In this document: positions 62,988 through 64,000 of the stretch, one piece after another
Layout: the number at the start of each line of letters is the position of its first letter
How positions within the stretch are numbered: position 1 is the first letter of the stretch
Origin: Nemertoderma westbladi
Lineage: Eukaryota; Animalia; Xenacoelomorpha
Assembly: GCA_032718475.1 (NCBI GenBank)
Contig: JAUCBJ010000607.1
Span: forward strand, 158-64,157
Direction: 5' to 3'
Length of the DNA stretch: 64,000 nt
Notes under the pieces: model-generated
Seen by the model: the letters and a program-made list of their open reading frames with translations, nothing else
What the model was told of the DNA's origin: nothing
The model's database searches: none
Made by a program: the position numbers and the translations under genes

Positions 62988-63827
62988 ATGAAAATATTTA
63001 TATTAATAATTCTAATTGATACTATTCTGGGGTTTACATTTAATGGATATAAACTAGTCGAACCAGATGGATCTAAATTTACTAGAGAATGTTTACGGAA
63101 AGAAGAAAGAAATAGTATTAGAGTACAAGTTGATTTTATTATTAATCAACAAAGTGAATTAACTATTCCCGATGTATTGGAATCAACGGTTATTGCTAAG
63201 GATGGTAAAGGTAACAACATACGAAGTGCGGAATGAAGTCAACACCAATAGAGATGATTGCTACAATAAGGAATAACAACTATCCTTGTGATGGATGGAA
63301 TACAACAGAGATATATAAGTAGCAACACAGCCGGAGCTGAAGGATATATAACTGTTGGGTTGAATCCTCCTGGTATTGAATCTATACCTGAGGTATTGGA
63401 GATAGAATAATACATTTTGATTAGCGTTCAAACGATAGTGGTAAATCTCCAAAACAACACGGCCTTCCCCGCCCAGAACGCGTTCCCACTTATAATAACT
63501 CTTCCACCACAATGTAAAGCTGATAATGATCCAGAGTGTAGCTGCGTGTACCGAGTTGTACTTATATAGAAGACAGTTCAGCTACATTAAACTGTAAGTT
63601 ATCGGATTGGGTACCGGTACCGGTAGCTGGAAGTACATCAGGAGATTCTAGATGGAGTTGGTATAGTAACGGAGATACTATTGGTGGAGTCGTAACTGAA
63701 CCAGGAGATACACTGAGTATAAATAGAGATCTAAGTCGTGGAGATAATGGGGAAGTGTTTACATGTAAGGCGAGGAATATAGCTATAGAAGAGGATAAAT
63801 CCTGTACCACTACGATCGTAGTTCAAT
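62988..63827 (+). pseudogene. Exon A copy A4, full length but with several frameshifts/stops
   Basis: MKIFILIILIDTILGFTFNGYKLVEPDG... homologous to A1/A2 through the donor caat|gtaagt at 63827/63828; frame broken near 63220 and again downstream; the following intron sequence is shared with A1/A2. Confidence 0.82.
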
Positions 63828-64000
63828 GTAAGTTTGAGATATCCACTAAAGGTTACATTATGTTACAATATATTTAGTTACATACGATCAGTGTCAGTGA
63901 ACATCAGACTGTAGACTGGGGTTTCTGAGACGGCTGGAGGCATTCTGAGGAAACCAAGCCGGAAAATGACATAAAAGTGAAGTCCAAAATGGGGAAAGAA

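Overview
AT-rich eukaryotic (animal-like, intron-containing) DNA. The backbone is a + strand immunoglobulin-superfamily receptor locus built from duplicated exon cassettes, all joined by phase-1 introns. The order is A1(frameshifted)-B1-A2-B2-C1-C2-D, followed by two more A copies (A3 truncated, A4 frameshifted). A = signal peptide + variable N-terminal domain + Ig; B = two Ig-like domains; C = Ig + FN3; D = transmembrane helix + tyrosine-motif-rich tail. The splice donor of exon B has been amplified into an 86-bp satellite (about 6 copies after B1, roughly 110 after B2). A young Mag-type Ty3/Gypsy element with identical LTRs sits inside that satellite. An 18-kb BEL/Pao retrotransposon with 2-kb LTRs lies antisense in the last intron. 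It carries an extra ORF region with a DEDDy-like 3'-5' exonuclease fold plus three CCHC knuckles. It has no tRNA-type primer site; instead an 11-nt sequence next to the 5' LTR is complementary to a site inside its own LTR (possible Tf1-like self-priming). The remainder is MITEs, a foldback element, LINE fragments and minisatellites. All calls are by-eye motif recognition, with no database searches. Several single-base frameshifts may be assembly errors.
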